From the human T2T-CHM13v2.0 reference genome, Homo sapiens: a stretch of DNA of 64,000 bases. Shown piece after piece: positions 41,411 through 54,215 of this stretch. The DNA lies in NCBI RefSeq assembly GCF_009914755.1, contig NC_060942.1; one strand, written 5' to 3'. Each line of letters starts with the position of its first letter. Position 1 is the first letter of the stretch. Both the position numbers and the translations under genes were made by a program. The notes beneath the pieces are model-generated. The model saw only the letters and a list, made by a program, of their open reading frames with translations, had not been told where the DNA came from and made no database searches.

Positions 41411-42837
41411 CCTTGCTTTAGGAAGCAGGCATTGCCATTTACCAGGGTTTAGGAAAGCACTTGGCTAGTAGCATGGATCAGATGCTGCGACTAGGAAGGT
41501 GGTTAGGAGTTGCAGCAGAAAACAGAAGATTATAGTGCACTTATTTTCATCACTCAACTGGATGCATTGCCTCTGAATTTTTTGGTGACATTACAACTAC
41601 AAAGCTAAAAATAAAATCAACTCAAAACTTGCAGTATTATGTGAAAGAGTGCCCTATGTTTTTGATTCATCTATCATAATACTATGCCACCTGTCTCATC
41701 CCGAACCTTGGCTGTGAAGTGTAACTTTGATATTCACAATTTTCTGCTGCTATGAAATGTGATAGTAGAAATGTTGCAAAATTATTTTTTTTTTAATACT
41801 ACCAGTTTCCAACAATATGTGTTCCAACTCAGATCTCACTACTGAATTGCTCCCTTAGCGGAACTTCTCTGGAGAGATTGTTTTTTATTTGAATAAATAC
41901 TTGAAGAAAGCTTTATGGAATTAGATTTAAATGTTTCTTGTCAGATATCTGTAAAAGACTGTTATTCATTTGAACATTTTAGTACTTTGAAAAAATGTGT
42001 TATATCCGAAACACATATGGAAGTATCGATAGTTTGCTAAATTCTGTGAAAAACACTCCTTCACTCCCTTTTTTTTGCCTTAATTTCCTCTAGATTTTCC
42101 ATATCTCTTCACATATATCATTCACTGATTTTCTTCCCCAGCCATGTTTTAGTAAAGTGTACTCTTTTAAATGAAACAGTCACCTGTCCTTGTCGTTAAA
42201 TGGTATCCTGTCCTAAGAATTTAAAGACCTCTGAGTAGCACACCAGAAAGGTTAACGGCAAATGAAATGGTGCATTTCAATGTTACTGTGGACTTCATTA
42301 AAATTTAGTATTCATTATTGGTCTTTTCTAAGATCACGAGTTCTATTGAATCATTTGATTTTGTCCTTGTAGTATCGTTAATAAGTCAGAAAACTTTATT
42401 TCAAACACTTCTTTTAAGCATCTTTCAGCATCATGCTAATTACCCAACACCTCCCAAGTGTCAAAGAAGAAAACTTTTACAAGAGGCAGAGTTGATTCAT
42501 CAGAATGAATCTTGTCTGTTTTCAATACAGTTTCATGAGTGGATGCAATCTCCATTTATGTTCAAAAATCCTATACTCTAACCACTTTTCTTATTAAAAT
42601 GACTTAATTTGCTTATTTGACATAGTAAGTATTTTCATCACGTTTTTAAAATAATACATGTTCATTACAAAAAATTTGAAATATAGAAAATTAAAAATTG
42701 AAAATAAAATCTGTGCATTATTATCTCTGTACCAGAGACAACTTCTGTTATCATTTTGATATATTTGTCTCTGGTAGTTATACATAACTAAGATTTTACT
42801 GTGTAGACAGGTTTTCAGTCTCTTTTCTTTTTAATAT

Positions 42838-42952
42838 TTATTTCTTTATATTTAGAGACAGCGCCTCATTATGTTGCCCAGGCTGGCCTCAAACTCCTCA
42901 AGTAATCTTCCCAAGTAGCTGGGACTACAGGTGTAAGCCACCATGCTTGGCT
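42838..42952 (-). mobile_element. Alu monomer (FLAM_A-like)
   Basis: Single arm; flanked by tctcttttctttt on both sides (TSD). Confidence 0.85.
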
Positions 42953-43020
42953 CTTAATCTCTTTTCTTTTGCTTAACAATATATTATGCATATTTTCTCT
43001 TTTCCTTAATAAGTCTCTCA

Positions 43021-43341
<321 letters not shown>

Positions 43342-43624
43342 ATTGTAAACACTACCATATAGATGTAGCACAATTCATTTAACCATTTTTTCTATTATTC
43401 AATTCATCATTATCAAAGATATGCTACTATAACTAAAATTAAAACACAAAGTTTTTACATGTAAATTTTCCTACAGTCCTTGATAGAATCCTAGATGTAA
43501 AATTATTAGGCCAAAGTTTGTGATCCTTATGAAAGTTCTTGTTGCATACAACCAATTGCTTCTCAAACTCTAGGAGATAGTGTCACATGATTACTTCTCC
43601 ATAATTAATTTTATTTATTAAAAA

Positions 43625-43935
<311 letters not shown>

Positions 43936-44968
43936 TCCTCTCCATAGTTTAATATTATTCACTTCTGCCAATTTGATAGGTGATACATAGTATTCCATTA
44001 TTTTAATGTGTTGCTTTGATTTCTAGTAAGACCACGTTTCAATTTATGATTCATTATCTTTAAAACAGTTGATGATAATATTGCTTACATTTATCTGACA
44101 GATATATTAAAATGATTAAATTGATCTTCACTGTAATAGGTCTTCATGACCCCCTTGGCTTCTCCAGCACTGTAATTTTTGCACTAGATGTGTCATCCTC
44201 TGCTTATTGTCTCTGTTTGTCATGAAACTATACTGATATACAGTTTAAAGCATGGACCATGGCAGTTTTTGCTCATCCAGGTTAACTCTGTTCATAGGTT
44301 TTCTTTAAGATAAATAAATAAATAGTTTACAAATGCTCATGGTTCTTACAATAACCTACAGATAAATGTTAGTTACTATTTGATAAAGAATAGCCAGAAT
44401 ATAGAGAAAGAGTAGACTGAATCCTTTGCATTTAAATTTTTGCAAGAGCGTAACACCAATTAAATATATTTAAGACTTTTCAATAGTCTTGGACAGGGTC
44501 CATGCAAACAAGAAGGCTCTGGATTTTAAGCTTTATTTGTTTCATGATAAATCCACTCTGCACTCACTATCATACAGTGAGTGCAAAGCAACTCACTATT
44601 GCAAAGCAAAGTCCCTGGCACGTTTGAGAATCGTGAAAACCACAGGAAAACCTAATTGGTTAGCATATTCAGAGACATTTCCTCTAAAGAGGTGACATTT
44701 AGGTTGAGAACCGAAGAATGAAGGAAAAAGACAAAGGAAGCTTATTCCCATAAGTAGAAATAACGCTAGCAAAAGGCACCACTCAGAAATGAAATTCGTA
44801 ACTTATGGTAAGAGTGAAAAAACATTTAAAATGGATGAGGTAAAGCAATAGTGAAGCCATGCATGTTGTTATAGGACAAGTAAAGACCATGAATTTTGTC
44901 CAAGTAAGCCATCGAGTAGTGTTATGTAAGGCAGTGACAATATGATATGCATTTTATAAAGACAACTC

Positions 44969-47900
44969 GGGGACCAGGCAAGATGGCCGAATAGGAGCAG
45001 CTCCAGTCTGCAGTTCCCAGCAAGACCAATGCAGAAGGCAGGTGATTTCTGCACTTCCAACTGAGGTACCCGGTTCATCTCACTGGGACTACTTAGACAG
45101 AGGGTGCAGCCCATGGAAGGTGAGCCAAAGCAGGGTGAGGCATAGCCTCAACTGGGAAGCACAAGGGGTCAGAGAATTCCCTCCCCTAACCAAGGGAAGC
45201 CATGAGGGACTGTGCCATGAAGGACAGTGCTATCTGGCCCAGATACTATGCTTTTCCCAGACAATACATTTTTCCCACAGTCTTCGCAACCTGCGAACTG
45301 GTTTGCAACCTGCGAACTGGTTTGCAACCTGCAAACCAGGAGATTCCCTTGGGTGCCTACACCACCAGGGCCCTGGGTTTCAAGCACAAAACGGGGTGGC
45401 CATTTGGGCAGACACCGAGCTAGCTGCAGGAGTTTTGTTTTGTTTTTTTTCATACCCCAGTGGCAGACCTGAAATGCCAGTGAGACAGAACCATTCACTC
45501 CCTGGAAAGGCAACTGAAGCCAGGGAGCAGAGTGGTCTTGCTTAGTGGATCCCACCCCCACTGAGTCCAACAAGATAAGATCTACTGGCTTGAAATTCTC
45601 ACTGCCAGCACAGCAGTCTGAAGTCGACCTGGGATGGTTGAGCTTGGTTAGGGGAGGAGCATCCACCATTACTGAGGCTTGAGTAGGCGGTTTTCCCCTC
45701 AGGGTGTAAACAAAGACACTGGGAAGTTGGAACTGGGTGCAGAACCCACTGCAGTGCAGCAAAGCCGCTGTAGCCAGACTGCCTCTCTAGACTCCTCCTT
45801 TCTGGGCAGGGCACCTCTGAAAGAAAGGCAGCAGCCCCAGTCAGGGGCTTATAGATAAAACTCCCATCTCCCTGGGACAGAGTTCATCGGGGAAGGGGCA
45901 GCTGTGGGTGCAGCTTCAGCAGACTTAAACATTCCTGGCTGTAAGCTCTGAAGACAGCAGTGGATCTCTCAGCACAGTGCTCGAGCTCTGCTAAGGGTCA
46001 GACTGCCTCCTGAAGTGGGTCCCTACTTCCCTGCCTCCTGACTGGGAGACACCTCCCAGCAGGGTTCGACAGACACTTCATACTGGAGAGCTCTGGCTGG
46101 CATCTGGCAGGTGCCCCTCTGGGACGAACCTTCCAGAGGAAGGGGCAGGCAGCAATCTTTACTGTTCTGCAGCCTCTGCTAGTGATACGCAGGCAAACAG
46201 GGTCTGGAGTGGACCTCCAGCAAACTCCAGCAGACTTGCAGAAAAGGGGTCTATTAGAAGGAAAACTAACAAACAGAAAGCAGTAACATCAACATCAACA
46301 AAAAGGATGCCCATGCAAAAACTCCATCCAAAGGTCACCAACATCAAACACCAAAGGTAGATAAATCCAGAAAGATGAGATAAAACCAACTCAAAAAGGC
46401 CGAAAATTCCAAAAACCAGAATGCCTCTTCTTCTCCAAAGGATCACAACTCCTTGCCAGCAAGGGAACAAAACTGGACAGAGAATGAGTTTGATGAATTG
46501 ATAGAAGTAGGCTTCAGAAGGTAGGTAATAACAAACTCCTCTGAGCTAAAGGAGCATGTTCTAACCCAATGCAAAAAAGCTAAGAACCTTGATAAAAGGT
46601 TACAGGAACTGCTAACTAGAATAATCGGTTTAGAGAAGAACATAAATGATCTGATGAAGCTGAAAAATGCAGCAAGGGAACTTCGTGAAGCACACACAAG
46701 TATCAATAGCTGAATTGATCAAGTGGAAGAAAGTATATCAGAGATTGAAGACCAACTTGATGAAATAAAGTGTGAAGATAAGATTAGAGAAAAAAAATGA
46801 AAAGGAAAGAACAAAGCCTCCAAGAAATATGGGACTATCTGAAAAGACCAAACCTACATTTGATTGGTGTACCTGAAAGTGACGGGGAGAAGAACCAAGT
46901 TGGAAAACACACTTCAGGATATTATCCAGGAGAACTTTCCCAACCTAGCAAGACAGACCAGATATAATTTGATATTATCCAGAATATTCAAATTCAGGAA
47001 ATACAGAGAACACCACAAAGATACTCCTCAAAAAGAGCATCTCCAAGCCACATAATCGTCAAATTCACCAAGGTTGAAATGAAGGAAAAAATGTTAAGGG
47101 TAGCCAAACAGAAAGGTCGGGTTACCGGCAAACGGAAGCTCATCAGACTAACAGCGGATCTCTCTGCAGAAACCCTACAAGCCAGAAGAGATTGGGGACA
47201 AATATTCAGCATTCTTAAAGAAAAGAGTTTTCAATCCAGAATTTTCGATCTCTCCATCTGACAAAGGGCTAATATCCAGAATCTACAAGGAACTTAAACA
47301 AATTTACAAGAAAAAAACAAACACCCCCATCAAAAAGTGTGCAAAGAACATGAACAGACACTTCTTAAAAGAAGACATTTATGTGGCCAACAAACATATG
47401 AAAAAAAGCTCATAATCACTGATCATTAGAGAAATGCAAATCAAAACCACAATGAGATAACAACTCATGCCAGTTAGAATGGTGATCATTAACAAGTCAG
47501 GAAACAACAGATGCTGGAGAAGATGTGGAGAAATAGGAACACTTTCACACTGTTGATGGGAGTGTAAATTAGTTCAACCATTGGGAAAGACAGTGTGGTG
47601 ATTCCTTAAGGATCTAGAACCATAAATACCATTTGACCCAGCAATCCCATTACTGGATATATACACAAAGGATTTTAAATCATTCTACTATAAAGACACA
47701 TGCACAAGTATGTTTATTGCGGCACTATTCACAATAGCAAAAACTTGCAACCAACCCAAATGCCCATCAGTGCTAGACTGGATAAAGAAAGTGTGGCACA
47801 TATACACCATGGAATACTATGCAGCCATAAAAAGGATGAGTTCATGTCCTTTGCAGGGACATGGATGAAACTGGAAACTATCATTCTCAGCAAACTAACA

Positions 47901-48169
47901 CAGGAACAGAAAACCAAACACTGCATGTTCTCACTCATAAATCAGAGTTGAACAATAACATATGGACACAGAGAGGGGAACATCACACTGGGGCCTATTG
48001 GGAGTGGAGGGCAAGAGGAGGGATAGCATTAGGAGAAATACCTAATGTAGATGATAGGTTGATGGGTGCAGCAAACCACGATGGCACATGTATACCTATA
48101 TAAGAAACCTGCCTGTTCTGCACATGTATCCCAGAACTTAAAGTATAATAAAAAAGTAAGTAAAAATAA
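44969..48169 (+). mobile_element. L1PA7/8-like LINE-1: 5'UTR, disrupted ORF1, large internal deletion, ORF2 C-terminus, 3'UTR
   Basis: Starts ggggaccaggcaagatggccgaatagg; ends cccagaacttaaagtataataaaaaa; perfect 13-bp TSD ataaagacaactc (44956-44968 / 48170-48182); ORF1 has stops and frameshifts. Confidence 0.95.
44979..44989 (+). promoter_or_regulatory. YY1 site of the L1 internal promoter
   Basis: caagatggccg at the canonical position near the L1 5' end. Confidence 0.8.
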
Positions 48170-48210
48170 ATAAAGACAACTCTGGCTGTTTCATTTAAAA
48201 TAACACAGGT

Positions 48211-48516
<306 letters not shown>

Positions 48517-48766
48517 CTATTGCAATAGTACACTTGGAAATAATGACATTCAGGGGAAAGGTTGTGGAGGTTTATAGGAACATTTATTTATTTAACACTA
48601 ATTTTTCAGTATATACCTATAACTGCATGATCCCTCTATATCAAGGGATGGGATATAATTGAGGGCATTATATTTATTCTCTAACCCCACAAACATATTT
48701 TAGTAGGAAAGAAAATATTTTAAGCAAGTAAAACCATTGCATAAAATAGTTAAAATGTGTGATTCA

Positions 48767-48906
48767 TTTTATTATGGCAATAATAAAGTGTACTGAGGAA
48801 GACTGGTCAAGAAGCAACTATGGAGTCAGGGAAATATTTTATTAAGGGAATAATAAAGTGTACTGATGAAGACTGGTCAAGAAGCAGCTACGGAGTCAGG
48901 AGAACA
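48767..48906. repeat. 70-bp tandem duplication (2 copies)
   Basis: aataataaagtgtactga(g/t)gaagactggtcaagaagca(a/g)cta(t/c)ggagtcagg at 48779 and 48849. Confidence 0.95.
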
Positions 48907-49124
48907 TTCCAGGCAGAAGAAGCAGCATGTGCAGAGACCCTGTGCCAAATGAGCTTGGCACATTCTAGAACTCCTGGAGAGATGATAGTAAGGCAGAGTG
49001 AGACTAGATCTTAGTGAGTGAGATTAAAGGGCAGGTACTGAGGTGAAAGGCAGGTGGGTACCAAATCACGTGGGTCTTTTAAGCCATGGTAAGGGGTTTG
49101 CTCTAAACACAATTGAAACCATTC

Positions 49125-50025
49125 CTAGGAATTCCTAAGAGGGGTCACTCCTTAGAGATGTGTGGATCGAATTTAAGGGTCTTTTATGATTCAAATGTTT
49201 GTTCCCTCTGAACCTCGGGTTGTGACTTAATCCCTCATGTGACAGCAATAACAGGGGAGGTTTTGAAGAGGTCAATAGATCATTAAGAAAGATTAATGTC
49301 TTTCTCGTGAGACTTGATGAGTTCTCATGGGACTGGGCTAGTTACTGTGAGGGCAAGTTGTTACCAAGTGAGGCTGCCTCTCCTGTGTACTATTTTTGCA
49401 CCTGTCTGGTTCTCCTCCTACTTCTCTAGCATGTTATGCCACAGGACAAGGCCCTCACCAGAAGCCAACCAGGTATGGCCCATTGATCTTGGACTTTCCA
49501 GCCTCCAGGAATGTGAGCCAAGATAAACATTGTTTCTCATAAATTACCCAGTCTCAGGTAATCTGTTATAGCTACAAAACAAAACAAAAAAAAAGGACTA
49601 AGCGTTCTTAACTTGAATGAGTCTACATTGCATCTTTTTTTTTCCCACTCATAATAAAATTTACCAAATAACTATCATATTTGAATAGCCTGTGACTTTG
49701 TCATCAAAAGAAATCAGAGATATTTTCATGGCACTTTATAGTTGTTGCAGACATCTCAACATTTATGTTATCAGCACTATGTAAGTAGAATAGTTTTAAC
49801 ATTCCATCAAATTTTATTGTTTAATGCATTAAAGGAATTTCTTATATTATTATCTCACAAATTAGTTTAAAAAATAGTTTGATAAATGTACTTCAGCAAT
49901 TTTATTTGTAATACTATGTATGTCATTTTATGTAGTTAAAACCATTAGTCTGAGAAGGGGCTCATAGGCTTCCCCAGACTGTAAAGCAGGCCTACAGCAT
50001 GAAACAATCAATCAAAACCTATTAA
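49125..50025. mobile_element. MER119-like hAT-Charlie element interrupted by an MST LTR
   Basis: ctgagaaggggctcataggcttccccagactg...; tgtgactttgtcatcaaaagaaatcagagatattttc. Confidence 0.55.
49182..49603 (+). mobile_element. MST (B/C-like) MaLR LTR
   Basis: aatgtttgttccctc...aaggccctcaccaga...tcttggactttccagcctccag...ataaattacccagtctcaggta...ggactaag. Confidence 0.85.
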
Positions 50026-50479
50026 GAGCCTCTTGTTTTAAGAGCATTGTTTTAAGCAAGGGAGTGACACTTAAATCAGATTTAAGGCTTATAAACCAAT
50101 TTTGTTTCTATGTGGAGTATAGATTGCATCTATTTGGAAGGAAATGGTGATATCAGTTGGGAAACTAACAAACCGGCTGGTTTTAGGATAAGGTTAGTGA
50201 AAATACAAAGAGTTGGACAGAATTGAGATGCTGGAATTGGTTGGGGAGAAGTGAGAAAAAGATAGGACTTAAGTTGACTCAAGGTTTAACATTTATTAAA
50301 TAAATGAATACTCACAATGCTTGCTTTGAAAGGGAAGTTCAAGGAGAGAAAATTCCAAGACTTGTGAAAAATTCCAAGAGCACCTTCACTCTGAGATGCT
50401 GTTTGAGATTTTATCAGTCATCTAAGTGAAGATATCAAGGAGAAATTAATTATAAGAGGAGGCAAAATTGATAATACAA

Positions 50480-51722
50480 CTAAATGTAAGAGTTAAACGT
50501 ATATAAGTAATTTTGGAGAAAACAAATGAGTACTGCACAGATTTCTTAGCTATAGCTCCAAAATGACAAGCAAAGAAGAAAAAAATAAGACCAACAAATT
50601 TAAAAACTTTTGTTTTTCAAAGGCACCATTAATAAAGTGAAATGATAAGCCGTACACTGGGAAAAAAAAGTATTTGCAACTTATAGACCTGAAAAGAGAG
50701 ATTTTTAAAACTCTTACAACACAGTAATAAGAAAATAATATTTTAATAATGAACAAAAGTTAACCCTAGTACTTTGAGAGGCTAAGGTGGGAGGATCACT
50801 TGAGACCAGGGCCTTAAAATCAGCCTAGGCAACAGACAGATTGAAACCCCATCTGGAAAAAAAAAAAAAAAAAGAAAAGAAAAAATAACATTAAAAATGA
50901 GCAAAAGAGTTTAATAGACATTCATCAAAGAATTTACACAAATGGCCCATAAGCATACTCAAAATCATTAGTTTCTAAAAAATGGAAATTAAAGCCATAA
51001 TGAGGTATTCCTTCACACCCACAAGAATGACTAAAAAGAAAAAAAGAAAGGCAAGAACATGGGTTGAAAAGTATGTGGAGAAATTAAAATCCTCAAACAT
51101 TGCTGGTGAGAATGTAGAATGGTGAAGTCACTTTGTAAAATAGTTGGGCAGCTTCTTTAAATGTTAAACATAGAGTTACCACATGATCCAACATCTCCAC
51201 CCCCAGGCATATACCTGCGAGAAATGAGAACATATGTACATGCTTCTTGGCAAATACTCATAGCAACACTACCCATCATGGCCAAAAGAGGGAGAAAATA
51301 TCCAATAGTTGGTAAATGGATAAACAAAATGTAGTGTATGCATACAATATAATATTATTGACAGTAAAAAGAAAGAAGTACTCTTAAGTGTTATAATTTG
51401 GATTAACCTAGAAAACATTATGGTGTGTAAAAGAAGCCACTTACAAAATACCATATATTGTCTGATTCCACTTATATAAAATGCCCCCAAAAAGTAAATC
51501 AATTGAGAAATAAAGTAAAATTGCTGCCTTGGCTGCACAAAGGAATGGGGAGAGACTGCAAATGGTCATATTTTTTTATGGGGGTGATGTAAAGGTTCTA
51601 AAATCAAATGGTGGTAATAGCTTCACAACTCTGGAAACATACTAAAAGTCATTGAAATGTACATTTAAATGTAGTGAATTCCATGGTATTCAAATGATGC
51701 CACAGTCAATCTGTAAAAAGAA
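50480..51722 (+). mobile_element. Old L1M (L1MB/MD/ME-like) ORF2 end plus 3'UTR
   Basis: acattgctggtgagaatgtagaatggt...catagagttaccacatgatcca...cattgaaatgtacatttaaa. Confidence 0.85.
50765..50885 (+). mobile_element. Alu left-monomer fragment (FLAM/AluJ)
   Basis: cctagtactttgagaggctaaggtgggaggatcacttgag...polyA. Confidence 0.8.
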
Positions 51723-51792
51723 AAACAATTACATGAGTAGAAATCCAGCTCTGGGCTGAATATCTCAAAGTGAAAATGTCAGCATGTAATGA

Positions 51793-52175
51793 TCTATCAG
51801 TCAGAATCCAGTCAGGAAAGTGGAAACATTATTTGAACTTTCAAACACAGGAAAACTAATAGGTTTCATAGGTAACAGGGGAGCTTGAATAAATGGTTTC
51901 CTCCTGGTGGTACTGATGTAAATGAGGTTGATTCTGGGAATGACCACAGTTTTCTGAAGAAGAGGGCAAACTGAACTGCTAGTTTGATGTGACCAGGACA
52001 ACAAAACTACCTCTTATCTTCTAATTTTCCTTTTAGGCAGACCAACAAATAGGCAGATCAAGGAGCTGTCTGACAAAGGAGCCTAAGACCTACTGTTTGC
52101 AGAGTTCCAGGCCTGTATGACAGAGCAAAATATAGAAGAGTAGGAGCTGAGACACAATAGGTGAGTAACCTACTT
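51793..52175. mobile_element. LTR78-like ancient LTR remnant
   Basis: tatcagtcagaatccagtcaggaaa...; agcaaaatatagaagagtaggagctgagacacaatag. Confidence 0.45.
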
Positions 52176-52484
52176 ACGTAGTTATTTAAAAGGGAAAGTG
52201 CTCAAAATACTAAACATTTCAAGGTCAGGTAAAAAAGTAGGCCTAGAAAAGTAAACTCTAAGCATGAAAACTTATGGTTTCATTGAAGTCAGAAAGGAAC
52301 TGATAGATGTCTCCAATGAAGCCGAGAGGACAAGCTGGAAGAGGGGAAGAGAAGAATACATGGATTTGGCCACATGCAGAGTAGAGGTAACTTTACTAAG
52401 GCCAACTTCAGTGGAATGCTAGGACGTTGACAAATACTAGGTGGGATGAAAGAACAAATTGGAGCGAACATTGTGACTCTCACT

Positions 52485-52991
52485 CCCTCTGAGAGTCAAT
52501 TTGACTGTGCCACAGGGTGCCCAGACATTTGCTTAAACATCATTCTGGGTGTGTCTGAGAGTGTGTTTCTGGATAACATTAACATTGAGTCTGGAGACTG
52601 ATTAAAGCAAATTACCCTTTCCAGAGTGGGTGGGCCTCATCCAATCCTTGAAGGCCTGAATAGGACAAGAAAGAACAAGAGGCGAGATAACAAAGAATTG
52701 TCACTCTGTGCCAGGCTGTCTTCCATCTGGGACATCTGCCTTCTCTTGCCTTCCGACTCAACTTGGACTGGAATCTACACCATTGGTTGTCCTGTTTCTG
52801 AAGCCTTCGGGGTTGGACTGGAACTATGCCATCTGCTGCCTTGCTGGGTGTTCAGTCTGCCCGTTGCAAATCCTGAGATTTCTCAGCCTCCATAGTCATG
52901 TGAGCCAATTCCTTATTATCTGCCTATCTATCATCTATCATCTATCTCTAAGCTATTCGTTCTGTTTTCCTAAAGAATCTTGACTAGAACA
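52485..52991 (+). mobile_element. MLT2D-like ERVL LTR
   Basis: gtcaatttgactgtgccacagggtgcccagacattt...gtgggtgggcctcatccaatc...gtgagccaattcctta...tgactagaaca. Confidence 0.88.
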
Positions 52992-53041
52992 CTCTCTGAT
53001 TTCTATAACTGAGTAAGCTTGAGTATCAAGAGATATCGTTA

Positions 53042-53939
53042 CAAGGTAGGAATTCATCAGGACTTATTTTCTGAGCATAGGTTGACCCTGGCTGCAACCC
53101 TGCTAATTAAAGCAAGTTCTTGTTGAAACAGGTAGCAGTGAAAAAGCCAGCTGAAACCAGCAGATGGCGATGAAAGCAAGTTCTAGTTGCCCTCACTCAT
53201 TAGCATAAAGACACTCCCACTGGTGCCATGACAGTTTATAAATGCCATGGCAATGGGCCTTGGCAATGACCAGAAAGTTACCTTATATGGTCCTGGAAAT
53301 ACCTCTAAAGTTCTGGAAACATTTTTCCAGAAAGTTCTGCATGGCCCACTGAATATAGTTGGCAGCTGTATTTATACCCACCTTTAATTATATTAATTAT
53401 ATATTTTATATTTATATATAATATATACTTATTTATAATATATAATATATAATATATGATATATTATACTTATATATTATATATTATATAACTATATATT
53501 AATTATATGCTAATTAATGTAATATAATGTGGGTATAAATTATAATTGATATAATTAATATATTTAAATATATTTAAATAATTTAAATAATATAATTAAA
53601 TGTGGGTATAAATACAACTGCCAACTATATTCAGTGGGCCATGCAGAACTACTTCAACGATTCTCTTTCTTCTTTTCTCTTTCCTCTTAATTATATGCTA
53701 ATTAATATAATTAAATGTGGGTATAAATACAGTGAACCACAACCCATATACTGCTGCTCTGGGCACAGCCGCCATGGGGTAGACCTACTCCATGAGGGGC
53801 AATACCTCTGCTGCTACTGTACATTGCTGCTACAGTGAAATTGCTGCCACCGCCAGCCTGCCCTTGGATTATTTCCTAGGTGAAGACAAAAACCCTCCCA
53901 GATTAAGCCTCAGTTTAGGGGTTCACCTGCCCTCCATCA
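53042..53939 (+). mobile_element. MER66-like ERV1 solo LTR with a ~350-bp internal rearrangement
   Basis: aaaccagcagatggcgatgaaagc...cattagcataaagacactcccac...gccatgacagttta; 3' end ggggttcacctgccctccatca. Confidence 0.8.
53333..53650. repeat. Inverted repeat with 63-bp arms (61/63) and a 192-bp AT-rich spacer
   Basis: 53333-53395 is the reverse complement of 53588-53650 with two mismatches. Confidence 0.95.
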
Positions 53940-54021
53940 GTTAGACTTTGTAGAGGTAAGAGAATCGTTGAAGTAGTTAAAAGTATATACGAGGTGGAAG
54001 GAGTTTTTATTTAGTATTAAC

Positions 54022-54215
54022 ATAATAATAATGGCTGATGTTTACTGTCAATTTTCTAAGCTCCAGACACTGTACTAAGTATTTTTCCGTGCACTGACAC
54101 ATTTGAATCTCACTACAATCCTATGACTTAGATACTGCTATCATTATTTTACTGCTGAGGAAACTGAGGCATAAAGTGATTGTCACTTGCCTAGCCCTTG
54201 AGGCTAGAAGAGGCA
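54022..54215 (-). mobile_element. MIR SINE
   Basis: ccagacactgtactaagt...ttttactgctgaggaaactgaggcat...acttgcc. Confidence 0.85.

Noticed and set aside
45286-45340. Short direct repeats here and at 48767 and 60426 as CRISPR-like arrays
   Set aside because: No unique spacers; these are head-to-tail duplications in eukaryotic repeats
45042-45814. 167-aa and 197-aa ORFs
   Set aside because: Chance frames in the GC-rich L1 5'UTR
46370-47261. L1 ORF1 as a functional CDS
   Set aside because: In-frame stops, frameshifts, an inserted duplication near 46965-46985 and truncation by the internal deletion
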